Translations under genes and position numbers: made by a program
Notes under the pieces: generated by a model
What the model saw: only the letters and a program-made list of their open reading frames with translations
Databases searched by the model: none
What the model was told of the DNA's origin: nothing
NCBI GenBank assembly: GCA_964106645.2
Contig: OZ067045.1
DNA from: Podarcis pityusensis
Taxonomy: Eukaryota
Strand: one strand, 5' to 3'
DNA: 64,000 nt
Part shown: piece after piece, positions 31,801 to 45,100 of the stretch
Layout of the letters: every line of letters starts with the position of its first letter
Numbering within the stretch: position 1 is the first letter of the stretch

Positions 31801-34800
31801 TTGCCTCTCCACAGAAGCCTTTGCCTCTTTTTCAAAAGGAGAATTTTCCTGCCGTCCCCATTTGAGAAAGAGTTTGATTTTTCTGCCTTGGCTTTATTTT
31901 TATTTCTTGCTTCGGGGCAGAAAAGAAAGAACAAATTAAGAGTCTATTGCAGCAGCCCTACAGAACAGCATCCACTTCCATTTTGGGCTGACCATTGTTG
32001 CGCTTTGCTTTTTAATACAGTGGTACAGTGGTAACTTGAACATACACTTCAGGTTACAGCCTCCGCTAACCCAGAAATAGTGCTTCAGGTTAAGAACTTT
32101 GCTTCAGGATGAGATCAGAAATCATGCTCCGGCGGCGCAGCAGCAGCAGGAGGCCCCATTAGCTAAAGTGGTGCTTCAGGTTAAGAACAGTTTCAGGTTA
32201 AGTACGGACCTCCAGAACGAATTAAGTACTTAACCTGAGGTACCACTGTATATATTTTTTAAACTCCTCCCATCCAAAGTGACTGCAGACATCATTTTTG
32301 CAAGAGGGGGCCCTCTTTTGTTGAGTGGATGGCCATAATTCAAGCCAGTGATTCAACTGGCAGAGTCCTTTTCCTGCCCCCCAAATACAACTTTATCTCT
32401 AAATTACAGTGGTACCTCAGGTCACATACACTTCAGGTTACATATGCTTCAGGTTACAGACTCCGCTAACCCAGAAATATTACCTCGGGTTAAGAACTTT
32501 GCTTCAGGGTGAGAACAGAAATCATGCAGCGGCAGCGGGAGGCCCCATTAGCTAAAGTGGTGCTTCAGGTTAAGAACAGACCTCCAGAACGATTTACGTT
32601 CTTAACCCGAGGTATCACTGTATATGGATGAGCATTTTTTGAAGAATGACGTTTATCTATTCTGGAGGGCCGCATTCCTCCGTGAGCAAGTCTTCCAGGG
32701 GCCAAAAGCAGTGTGGGGTGGAGCCACAGATTATTGTATGGCAGGCTCCGTTCCAGAGCACACGGCCCCTGTGAGGTGGCCCATGAGGGAATGTGGCCCT
32801 CAGATTCCCCATCCCTTACTGAAAGCATTCTAAACCCTAATTTTTGAGTCGGATAGGCTCTCTCGCCGCAACTATTACCTCCCGGAAGCTGAGTTTGCCG
32901 TCAAAGTCTTCGTCCACCTCCTTAATCATGTTTTTCAGCCCCAGGTGTGTTTGAGGAGCCCCGAGTTTCTCCATCATCAGCTTCAGTTCCATCAGGTCAA
33001 TGAAACCATCTTTTCCTGCGTCGTACCTGCATAAAGAAGAAGGAATCTTGAATCTGACCAAAATGCCAACTACGGTTTGCAGGCACAAAACCCAGAACGG
33101 GGTTGCCTCTCTCTCAATAAGTCAAAAACCCTCGTGTCAAAGAGCTTCTAGTCTTTTTTTATATAATCTTTTCAATTAAATTTTTCCAAAAATGAAAAAA
33201 AAAAACCATACAACAAAAAACAACACATAATCCAAATATTGAGATTACTCTGAATCTCCTGACTTCCCCCCATCCCTTCCATGGGTAGTTTTAATTCAAT
33301 TTTCATCTGCTTATCAGTACTTCTCCAATTTCCCTTCTTCCCAAATCAACTATATGTTCTGTTACATTACAAGTGTATTTAAAATCCTGCTAATGTTTTG
33401 ACATGTTTACAATAATTTTGACATGTTTACAGTAATAAACATCTCCCATTCTTTTTTGAATTTCTTGTCTTCTTGATTCCTGAGCTTCCCAGTTAATTTT
33501 GCTCAAAGAGTTTAGTCTTCTCCCTCTGAACCCGCTAAAGAATACCTGTTCAGTATAAAAAAAATAAAACAACTTCGCGCAAGCTCTCTGCTCTTATCGT
33601 TCCCTCAGAGTTTCCATCCACCAGTCTTTAAGGTTATTGTTTGGATTTATGTGGGCCTTTCCTTTCGCTGTACAGTTACAGATTAACTAATGACAGAACA
33701 AGTTTCCTTCTTTAAGCTTCTCCACCCAATTTGCAAGTCAGGCGTGCTGCTTTTCCAAAGTTAATTGGTGGCAAATAAGAGTAACGAAGGCCGCCTGATC
33801 AGTACGAGACGGCAGTTGCTGACGGCTCCAGGGTGGCCCGAGGTCTAAATGGCCGTCAATCCAAGTTAGGAAATGAGTGGGGGTAAGGGTAGTGAGCCTC
33901 TGGGCCCCCAACATGGCATACCTTCAGGGAGAGATGCCCAAAGGCATTGTGGGAGAATAAAAATGGCAGCTGCCGTTGGAACATGAAAGGTTCTCTTAAA
34001 TGAGTGGGGCTGTGTGTTATGTCAACAAATTTTGGGATCCATTGGATTATGAACTTGGCACCACACGAAAAGATCTATATGGATCCCAGCTTGGGCTGAG
34101 CTTCCCGCACTTGTGGGAGATTTGCTCCAGTTTGCATAGCACAAGTTCCTGTAGAAAGATGAAAAGCGGAATTTAAGACTGGAAAAAATGAGAAACCAAG
34201 GAAGCTGAAACGGACAGATTCTTCCCTCTTTAGTATGGACTATCCGGAGACCTCAAAATGGAAGTGGTGCTGCAAAAACCATGGGCCAAAAGCTAGGCTG
34301 GTCTAGGTAGCCTGTTTGATAATGCAACCCTAGTTAAAACTGGATTCCATTAGAAACAACAAATCAAGTCTGGGTGTTCCTGAATGTTCCACAACTGTGC
34401 TTTGGCCACATTTCTTACATAAGGATGTCAAGGAACAGTCCTAAGTCTTCACCAGTTTAGTTTTGTTTTGGCTTCCCAAACTCCAGATCAGAAACCAAAG
34501 AGAAAGCTGAGAGTCTCTTATCTAGGGTTGCCATATGTCTGAATTTTCCTGGACATGTCTGCGATTCCAACGACGGGATAGGCATCCGAGGGGAATTTCA
34601 GGAAATTGGCAAAATGTCTGGGGTTTTGTAACTTTTCCAAAAATAGCTCAACTTTCCCCCCAAAGGTTGGCCTGATTTTTTTACTTCTTGAAATATGGCA
34701 ATCCTACTTTTATCAGAACTGCAAGGGTGTGATTCTCTTTGCATTCCGGTTCCAAGATAGGTCTTATCGTGAAGTCTGCAGCCTTTTTTAAACCAGCCAA

Positions 34801-37800
34801 AGGGCAAATATATGCAGATCAGAGCTTTGCCCTGTGGGTAAGGGCAGTGTGCATTTCTATGACAACCCCGTTTTGCTTCAGGACAGAGCAAACGCATGTA
34901 GTCGCATCAAACTTCTTGCATATTAACCTTCAAAGGTACGCAGTGCAACCTTGGCTTGCAGCCTCTGTGCAGCACTTGATAACTAGAGAATCCTTCAAAA
35001 CTCAGCTTCCCCAACAAAGCTTGCTAATCCTCAAGGGTACAGATAGATGTCTGAGGCACACAGGAAGTGTCTGCAAAGGACGCCAGCACTCCTAAAATGG
35101 AGCTAACCAGAAAGTGCGTGACAACATGTCCTTTGCTCATGTCATAAATATTCAAATAATTTTTAAAAATGTTGCAGAAGACACCTGCAAAAAACCCCAA
35201 CAACTATCCTGTCCCCACCTATCTGGAGGTACCCTTATTTGGATATCAGTTGGGAAGAGAGCAGTTCAGGATATTTTTTTTAAAAAAATAATATAAGTTG
35301 TGTGTCTTTGCTTCTCAATTTGTATGATGTTATTTTATGCACTGTGACTTGCTGTTATTTTTTATGGATTTTATTTTGGAAATGTTTTGTTGGAACTGTT
35401 AGGAGTGAATTTATGTTTAATCATTATTTGCTGGCATTTAATTGTATTGTGTACTAGTATACTAGTCTAATGGATTGTTGAATATTGCTTTATTTGGTAT
35501 GTTGCTTATTTTAAAGTTGTTTTTATTATGGCATTCTTGTATTGGGTCAGATTGTTAAAAGGTGTGCTTCTTCAGCTTGTAAACCACCCTGTGTTTGGTA
35601 ATATAGAAAGGGAGTATACAAATTAAAGGTGAAATGAAATGAAACCTAATTGCAACTAAAACCAGTAGCTGCACTTTAAGTAGGAACTATCTGGGGGCTA
35701 TGGGAGGTTGGGGTCACCCTCCACTTGGCCTCATAGTCCCCTGTTGATCTGGGAACATCTGAAAACTCTCCAACATTCCGGATTTGATTTTTAAAATTTT
35801 ATTTTCAACTCACTAATATTTGCACTGAGTGTTTTCCAAACCGCTGGAGTCATCGCCAAACCGCTAAATGGACCCTGGAGGGCTTTTAGGTTCTCAATGG
35901 AGGTGGTTGCTTTGTACTTGAAAGGATGCATTCAATGCACCAAATTGATGCTTCGCAAACCTGGCCTGCTGCGGTCCAGTGGAGGTCGAGGCTAATGACA
36001 TCCTTCAAAGACTCCCTGACGATACAGATACTTTCAATACAAAGCTTCCATCAAAAGATGACCGCCAAGAAACTACCAAACTCGCTCCCCACAAGAAGTA
36101 GTGATGGCTGCCAACTTGGATGGCTTTTAAAAAAAAGGATTAGACAAATTCATTGAGGATATGGCTACCAATGGCTACTAGCTAGGATGAATATGCTCTG
36201 CATCCATGGTCGGAAGCGTTATGCTTCTGAACAGCAGTTGATGGATGGGAGAGCGGTCTTGTGTTCAAATCCTGCTTGTGGGCTTCCCATTGGAGCACAT
36301 TCTCACATTCCCTTGCATCCCTGACAAGGATCATAGAATCATAGAATTGTAGAGCGGGAAGGGATCCTGGGGATCATCTAGTCCAACCCCCTGCAACGCA
36401 GGAATAGGCAGCTGTCCCATATAGGGATCGAACCTGCAACCTTGGCGTTATCAGAACCACGCTCTAGTCAACTAAGCACACATAAATATGTGATATTTAT
36501 TATTAGGGCATCATCCTCTGTGTGCAGGGATCGCTGGGGCTTGGCCCAGGCCACATGGTGAGTTTGCAGCAGGCCCGAAATTCGAACTCAGGACCTCCTG
36601 ATTCAGTCTTTTCTCCCACTTTCTTTTTTAACCCCAATGTGACAGATATATAGACCTGATTTAAACCCACTCTACCAGCCTTAACCTGCACACAGGATTT
36701 TTTTGGTGCTTCTAAACAGGCGGAACGCTTCCGACATCATTGTGTTTGGTGACTAATTGACAGCTCTGCCTGCGGACCAACTGCAAGAGATTAGAAGGAA
36801 GAGGCCCACTAATCTAACGTAGCTCTTTGCTCCGGGAGCCGGAGATTAACGCCCGCGACTATTCTGCAAAGCTGATTAAAGCTAGATACATGTGTGCAAA
36901 TTGCTCGTACCTGGTTTAGCAGGGGAAATTGGGTTTTTTCTTGGGATGCCAAGGAGAACGGCTGCGTTGCTTTGAGTGCACTGCCACTGAAATCATAAAG
37001 TGCTGCAGCTGCTTTGCCCGGACTTCCGTGATGAGAATTTGAGGAGGAATTAAGTGAGTGTTGAAAGAGGTTCCACTGTGCATGCAATTCCCCCTCGCCC
37101 TTGGCCATATCGGCGGAGACTGATGGAGTCTCCGCAATACCCAGAGGTCCACAGGCCCCTGGTTAAAAGGGGCAGTCTGAGGAATCATGGGGTGGGCAGC
37201 TGAAGGGAGATGGACAACTGTTGTCAGAAGAGTGCTGCATGACAGCAGTGGGCGGGGCCCAAGGCAAAAGTGGGTGGAGCAACAAATGCAGATTTGACTT
37301 AGTAATGTAGGTTAGTTTCTACAAACAGACACACGTCTCCATCCACTGCCAAGGCAAGCGAGAGGTTTTAGCAGAGGTCAAGGGAGCACATTGCAAGTCA
37401 GACACTCCAGGGCTGGATCTACGCTGATTGTAAAATGGACCACTCCTCTACAGAGCCCTCTTTTGGCACCTTGTTATAATGCATTTTTAACATTACAACT
37501 GACCAGTGTAGATTTGCCCCAGGAGCGTGCAAAGTGTAGCTAGGAAGAGTTGTGAGGGCCTGGAGTGCTATGCTCCCTGCCCTCATTCCTGGGCCTGAGT
37601 GGTACCTCAGGTTAAGAACTTAATTCGTTCTGGAGGTCCGTTCTTAACCTGAAACCGTTCTTAACCTGAGGGACCATTTTAGCTAATGGGGCCTCCTGCT
37701 GCCGCCAGCACGTGATTTCTGTTCTCATCCTGAGGTAAAGTTCTTAACCCGGGTTACTACTTCCAGGTTAGCGGCGTCTGTAACCCAAAGTGTCTGTAGC

Positions 37801-39092
37801 CCGAGGTGTTTGTAACCCGAGGTACCACTGTACTTGAAGGAACCGCCCTATCCAGTGGCAGTCTGCTGCTGAATATCAGCTTGGTTTCCAGACCTATTAT
37901 CATCTTGGTCGCCCTCCTCGGTACACCTTCCAGCTTGTCAATATCCTTCTTAAACTGTGGTGCCCAGAACTGGACACAGGACTCCAGGTGGGGTCTGTCC
38001 AGAGCAGATTATCTCCCTTGAACTGAACACTCTACTTTTGTTGTTGATGCAGCCTAGAATAGCATTACAGTGGTACCTCATGTTACATACGCTTCAGGTT
38101 ACATACGCTTCAGGTTATAGAGTCCGCTAACCCAGAAATAGTGCTTCAGGTTAAGAACTTTGCTTCAGGATGAGAACAGAAATCGTGCTCTGGCGGCACG
38201 GCAGCAGCAGGAGGCCCCATTAGCTAAAGTGGTGCTTCAGGTTAAGAACAGTTTCAGGTTAAGAACGGACCTCCGGAACGAATTAAGTGCTTAACCTGAG
38301 GTACCACTGTAAAAAAATTTTTGACACAGCATCACACAGTCGACACATTACGCCTGTGGTCTACTAACTTCTTAGATCAGTGGTTCCCAACCTTTTTTTG
38401 GCCATTCATTTGGAGGAAGCCTAAAAGGCCATTAACTTGGTCTAACTCATTCTCGAATTGCCCCCCTTTAAAAATCAAATTTCCCCCCCTGTGGGGCGTG
38501 TGCCGCACATTGGGGGACACGGCCCTAGATCATTTTTGCATGCACTGCTGTCAAGCCAGCTGTCTCCCATCCTATCTTTGCGTCCCTTGTCTAAGTACAG
38601 AACCTTACATTTGTCACTATTGAAATTCATTTGGTTAGCTTTGGCCCAGTTCCCCCATCTGTTGCGGTCATCTTGAACCCTGGTTCCATCTTCTGCAGCT
38701 TTAGCAATACCCCTCCCAGTTTGGCGTCATCTGCAAAGGCAGCCAAAACTGTCGGAATAAAGCAACTTCCTATGCAGGAGCGTTTTGAGTAATTGTGGGC
38801 TCCAAAGACGTGCCCAACCTTTCCGGGCAGCGGCGCAGCAAATTCGCCACGAAGCCACCCACAGCTCTTGCGAGCTTACCTTTGCAACACATAGCAGAGG
38901 CTGAGTCATTTCCGACACAAAGCCCCGCATCGAGGAGTCTGAGCAAATTGGCAAGCGGCCCAGCGTAGCCCGGCTCAACCCGATCAAACATCCTGCTCAG
39001 ATCGGTGCGGCATTCAGAACAGACACAGGGTGGGGAAAGCAGATTTGGCAGACTTGCTCAAGAGATGCAGAAACTTGTGACTATTTCACAGT

Positions 39093-39136
<44 letters not shown>

Positions 39137-42100
39137 CACTCCCAATCTTATAGATTGGAGGGGTGTTGGTTTACTCATCCACAGTTACCAACCTACTGGT
39201 CTGACTAATTTGCAGAAAGGCAAGGAAGCCGTAAAAGCTTTGTTGCTTAATGCAGAGAGCAGAGTTGTTCCACGGGCTGGTACCAGGCTATGGCACAAAT
39301 AAAGGAAACTTCTTGTTCCTACTCTGGGGGCTGGTAGGGGTGCAGGGGCAGGAAATATTATTGCCTCCATGCAATGCTCTCTGGGCATCAGGCTGGCTAG
39401 TATTCACCTGCCCAGATTAGGATCGACAAACCAAGCAGGAGATGTGAGATATGGTTAGGGTGACCCATCTTAAAACATGACTGCTATGAATCATCCCATG
39501 TTGTCGGTGCCTGAACAAATGAAGGCAGCTGAAAGCACCCTGAATGCACTCAAATTGCCAAGCTGAGAGGTGTGGGTATCTCCCCCACTGCAGGTGGGGG
39601 ACCTTTGGGTGCCTCCAGAGGTTGTTGGACTCCCATCAGCCTCAGCCAACATGACCAATGGGCAGGGATGGTGGGAGTTGAAATCCATCACAGGTGGGGA
39701 CCTCTTTTCAAACCAAGGGCTGCAAAAAGCATTATCAGAGTTCAAGGACAAATCACATTAAGGGGTGTGATTGGGGAGGGGATGTGGCCAGAGGAGGTTT
39801 CTGAGGGCCGGGTGGAGGGGCTTAGAGGGCCACATTGGGTCCCTGGGCCTGAGGATTCCCCCCCTCGTGTTCTGCTAGTACAGTGGTACCTCGGGTTAAG
39901 TACTTAATTCATTCCGGAGGTCCGTTCTTAACCTGAAACTGTTCTTAACCTGAAGAACCACTTTAGCTAGTGGGGTCTCCCGCTGCCGCCACGCCATCCA
40001 AGCACGATTTCTGTTCTCATCCTGAAGCAAAGTTCTTAACCTGAAGCACTATTTCTGGGTTAGTGGAGTCTGTAACCTGAAGGTACCACTGTATATGTTT
40101 GTTCACACATGCAAGCATTCTTCCCTCGACTAACTTGCAATGAACCAAACCAGTAGAAAAGGACTGCATTTGGGACAAGACTATGTCCTGGCAAAACAAT
40201 GCAATCCACGCCCCCCCCCCCCCATCCTCTCTCTGTTAAAAAGAAAGTACGAAATATTCTCTCAAGTGTTCAGCTAAAATCAGGCTGCATGTGACATACT
40301 GCATTACTAAATCAATTACGGAGCCAAGTTGGACTGCAGCCACAGGGAGAGTTTCAGCTGTAGGGGGTGCCTGGAAGAATCTTTATGTCGGGTGGAAAAA
40401 ACCTCACTCCGACAGCCTCCTGCGTCAGCCCGGCTAAATTATTTGCGAGGTCCAGCCACTGTGCATCTCTGCGGAGCCTGCGCAAGATTTGTTTCCTGTG
40501 AATTGCGCTCCTTAGGATGACAGAAGGGCATCGCTGCAGGTTTACAGCCTATTTAATCTATGTGCGGACAGATTCAGGTGCTTTGTAAAATCAGAACAAT
40601 TATCATCTCAGGTCTGCTCTGTGTTAGATGGGTGGGTAGGCAGAGGGAAGTCTCACTGAGCTATATGAGAGGGGAAAGTCATAAAGTACCCTGTGGCATC
40701 TCAAAAGACTCACATATTTGTAATTCCATCATCTTCTTCCTCCCACTATATCTATATTTTGGAAAGTTATTTGTCCATCTGTTCTCTATGCGTTCAGACT
40801 CAAGATATCAGCACCAAATTTGGCATGATGGTTTCATAAAAGAGAAGGTTTGCATTAATGTTTGGATACAATTGGACGCCATTTTGAATCAAGATGGCAG
40901 GTGGAAACTTATAAAACTGGATTGGTTTCAACCAAATTTGGGCAGGATTGCACATTATAGTTTACTCAATAGCATTAGAATGAAAACATGGGTTTTATTT
41001 CCATTTTGAAACTAAAACATTTTTTCCATTTATATATCTTAGTAGTTTTTTGTTCCTTAGAATTCCCAAGCAATGCCAGGTACTGTCTGTTAGTCTACAC
41101 ATTGGAAAATTATCTGTCTGTTTGCTATGCACTGGAATATCCCTTAAGAGATTGTAACCTTTTTTTTTTCAGTTTCTGGGACTGAAAAGCAGGATTTCAC
41201 CTATTTTGGGACACAATTGGATGCCATTTTGAATCAAGGTGGTGAACTGAACCTTCAAAACTGCACTGATATTATCCGCTGATTTCAAATGTTCACTGAT
41301 TTTTTGTTTTGTTTCTTAGAACTCCCAAACAATGCTGTGTACTAGAGTGCATAATAAATAATCTGCTGCAGACCCAGATGCCAATTCTGCCTCCATGTCC
41401 ATCCTGGCAACACTGTCACAGGACCTAATAATGTCATCCACAACATCAGGGGTTAATCCCCCAGCTCATCTTCCAATGTGCTGTCACTTGCATTCTACGT
41501 ACAGCAAACAGGACTGTCTCTACAGCAGGCATAGGGAACCAGTGGCAACCAGTCTGGATGTTGCTAGACTTCAACTCCCATCAGGCCCAACCAGCACAGC
41601 CAATAGTCAGGGATGATGGGAGCTGGAGTCCAGCAACATCTGTTGGCCTGCAGGTTCTATGCAAAGGATAAATGGCCACAAATCTGACATCAAATGGCAA
41701 TATCCAAGAAACTCGGTGGCAAAACATTCCAACCTCCCAGGAAATTCTGAAACTAAAGATGGCTGCAGACTAAAGAAGGGCAACTTCAAAGGGAGAGTGG
41801 AGTGTGAAACCAGTGAATTGCAAAATTCAGGAGGTTCTATGCTATCACTGAGTCGGGATGATGGATTTTTATCACATCACTTGTGTTTGTTGGCTAACCA
41901 ATGCTGGCCTGTTTTTTTTAATGAATGGCCACTGAATGTTTACTTTTCTGCATCTCATTTCCCTTCTGACTTGATTGTACCTTGAAGTACATCTTCCCCA
42001 ATCATTTACATATGTACAACCCCCACTTCCACGATCAGACATACTCGTGTATGTCTTTACTATATAACAATATTGTAAGGCTGTCATCACGCTGCAGTGT

Positions 42101-45100
42101 GCGTGGCCGCTGATAGACAGCCACAGCGAGATGACAGAACAGCAGGCAAGCAAGCAAGAAGTAGTCCAGGCAAACTGTTTAAAGGAAGGAGACTGTGCGT
42201 TTCAGAGAATGTCTCAGCAAACCACTCTCTGACGCGCTCCTTTTCTCAGTTAAACAATGCTATTAAAAGGAGTTGGGGATCAGGGTGAGCTGTGAGGGGA
42301 TGGGCGAGTTGTGAAGGGACAAGTGTGTGACAAGTGTGGGGGAAAAAAGTTGGCAAAGGTGTAGATGGGTTTGGCGAGGAGAGTAAGCAGGCAAAGCAGT
42401 CCCTAGTGTGTGTGAGAGAGAGCACAAACACCTGTCACAAACGATAGTACTTCAAGCATTTGTAGTCCATGAAATCTTATGCCATAATAAATCTGCCATT
42501 CTTTATAATGGTAAAGGACCCCTGACAGTTAAGTCCAGTCGTGGCCGACTCTGGGATTGCGACGCTCATCTCGCTTTATTGGCTGAGGGAGCCGGCGTAC
42601 AGCTTCCGGGTTATGTGGCCAGGATGACTAAGCCACTTCTGGCGAACCAGAGCAGCACACGGAAACGCCATTTACCTTCCCGCCAGAGCGGTACCTATTT
42701 ATCTACTTGCACTTTGATGTGCTTTCGAACTGCTAGGTTGGCAGGAGCAGGGACCGAGCAACGGGAGCTCACCCCGTCGCAGGGATTCGAACTGTCGACC
42801 TTCTGATCGGCAAGTCCTAGACTCTGTGGTTTAACCAACAGCGCCACCCACATCCCCTGCCAGTCTTTAAGGTACCACAAAAACACTTTGTTGCCTTTTG
42901 CTCTAGGTAATAGTTTCTTTCTGCTTTGGCAAAACTAAGCAATGATAAGTGACGGCAAGGTGAGTGCGGAATACTTAAGAGCTCTTGCAGGGAGAAGGTT
43001 GCTGTTTTGAGAGTGTCTGAGCAGGAAAAGCAATTGCAACAAGGGGGAGGACCTCCAGATATGGAAGGCGGCATGGGAAATACTGCAAACTGGCCCCAGC
43101 CAGAAAAGCAACAACTCAGTGTTAATAACAGAAAAGGAACAGGTTGCAATAAGAGGAAGGCGAAAATGCATATTACGGGAACGAAGAGACAGGAAGCCAG
43201 GAAACTTGATAGTTACGGTACGTCTCGTGGTGTCAGATGCAGAGGGAACGCGGTTTCGGGTTTGTCACACCATTGTCCATAAAACAGCAAATTTGGTGTC
43301 ATGTGGATTTGGTTTAATAAGGCATGCTGTGTGTGGTGAGCTTGTTGTGGTTCTCTAAATCTTTTTTTTTTTTTAACCCTCATGAAAATTCTTCAGCATT
43401 TTAGTGCAAATCTCTCTTAAGGAACACAACTTTGTATGCAGTTTTAACTAATGTGCACATTTTGGCAAGCAATTTCCCCCAATAAATTGTGTTTTTGTAT
43501 GTTATTCTCACAGGTATATTCATTGTAGGCACATTCTCTCCCCCCCCCCCCAATATTGGTTGAAGAAGGGTGGTTTCTTTCTTTTTCAGAAAGTGTGAAT
43601 TAGATAAAGTTTGGCTTTAAATGTGAACTGAATTGACTTTCTCCCCCCCCCCCCGCTCCAGATGTTGCTGAACTTCAACTCCCATAATCCCTAGCCACTG
43701 GCTGTACTTGTTGGGGCAGATAGGAGTTATAGTTCAATAAAATTTGGAGGAGTATAGTATCACAGAATTGTAGAGTTGGAAGGGAATTGTCATCTAGTTC
43801 AACCACCATGGGTTCCCTACACCTGGTTCAAGAATAGTCAGCAGGGTCAGCCTGACCCCATCTTTATCTGCCTTCCTGGCTGCCCTAGTAAACTGTAGCC
43901 AAGATGTACAGAATCCGACAATTTGGGATTTCACCAAAGTGATGGGTTTTTTTCTCTTATTCCACTCTTAAGTTCCATTTACCACCTTTCGACATTAGTT
44001 TGTGATTTATTTTTTTAAAAAAGAGCATCACAAAAACCCACTAGCATTTTATTGCCCGTTCCTCCTAAAGCACACATTTCTGTGTGCAATTTTGGCTTAT
44101 ATACACATTTTTGCAAGCAATTTTCGCCAATGCATTTATTTTTATTATGATTTGCCTTGCCGTGCACACTTCCCCCTAACAGATGAATCTTTGTACTCCT
44201 GCCTTTGATGGGAGAATCGCACGGCAAAACTGGGGGACGTGAGGATTTTAAGAGGCGGCTGTGTTTTGGTCCACATTCTGTTTCGGGATGTGGAAATGAG
44301 GTAGTTTCACATTGAAGTGCAAACCTACACCATAGATGATTCCACTTGAGTTGTCCCTTGTAAGGAAGCGTAATGGAACCCTGTAATCGTTTTACATCAA
44401 GTGTATTGTTACTACTGCAGCCTCGCAGGCGCCATACGGAGTCCCACTGCCTGTCTGTTTCTTGCAGAGATCTTTCTCAAAGCATATCCGTGGTTTCACA
44501 CACTCCCTGTTAATGATCCTAAACTTGATGTGGGGAATTGATGGACCTCCAGATGTTGGGGACCCCCTCCCAACTCCCATCAGCCTAGCCTGAACATTTT
44601 TACCTACACACATTCGAACACCTCACTCTATCCAATGCGTCCCACGTTCTTGAGGACCCTGGACCATCCATCTCTGGGCACCACAATTTAAGAAGGATAT
44701 TGACAAGCTGGAATGTGTGCAGATGAGGGCAACCAAGATGATCAAGGGCCTGGAAATCAAGCCTGATGAGGAACGGTTGAGGCAGTTGGGTACGCATAGC
44801 CTGGATAAGAGGAGACTGAGAGGAGATATGATAGCCGTCTTCCAATATCTAAAGGTCTGTCACATGAGAGATGGAACAAGCTAGTTTTCTCCTGCTCCAG
44901 ACGGATCCAAACCAACAGATTCAAGTGACAGGAAAGGATATTTTGTCTAAACATCAGGAATAACTTTCTGACAATAAGAGCTGTTTCACAGAGGCGTGGA
45001 CTCCCTTGGAAGGTGACAGACTCTCCTTCCTTGGAGGTTTTTAAGCGGAGGTTGGATGGCCATCAGTCATGGATACTTTAGCTGAGATTCCTGCATTGCA

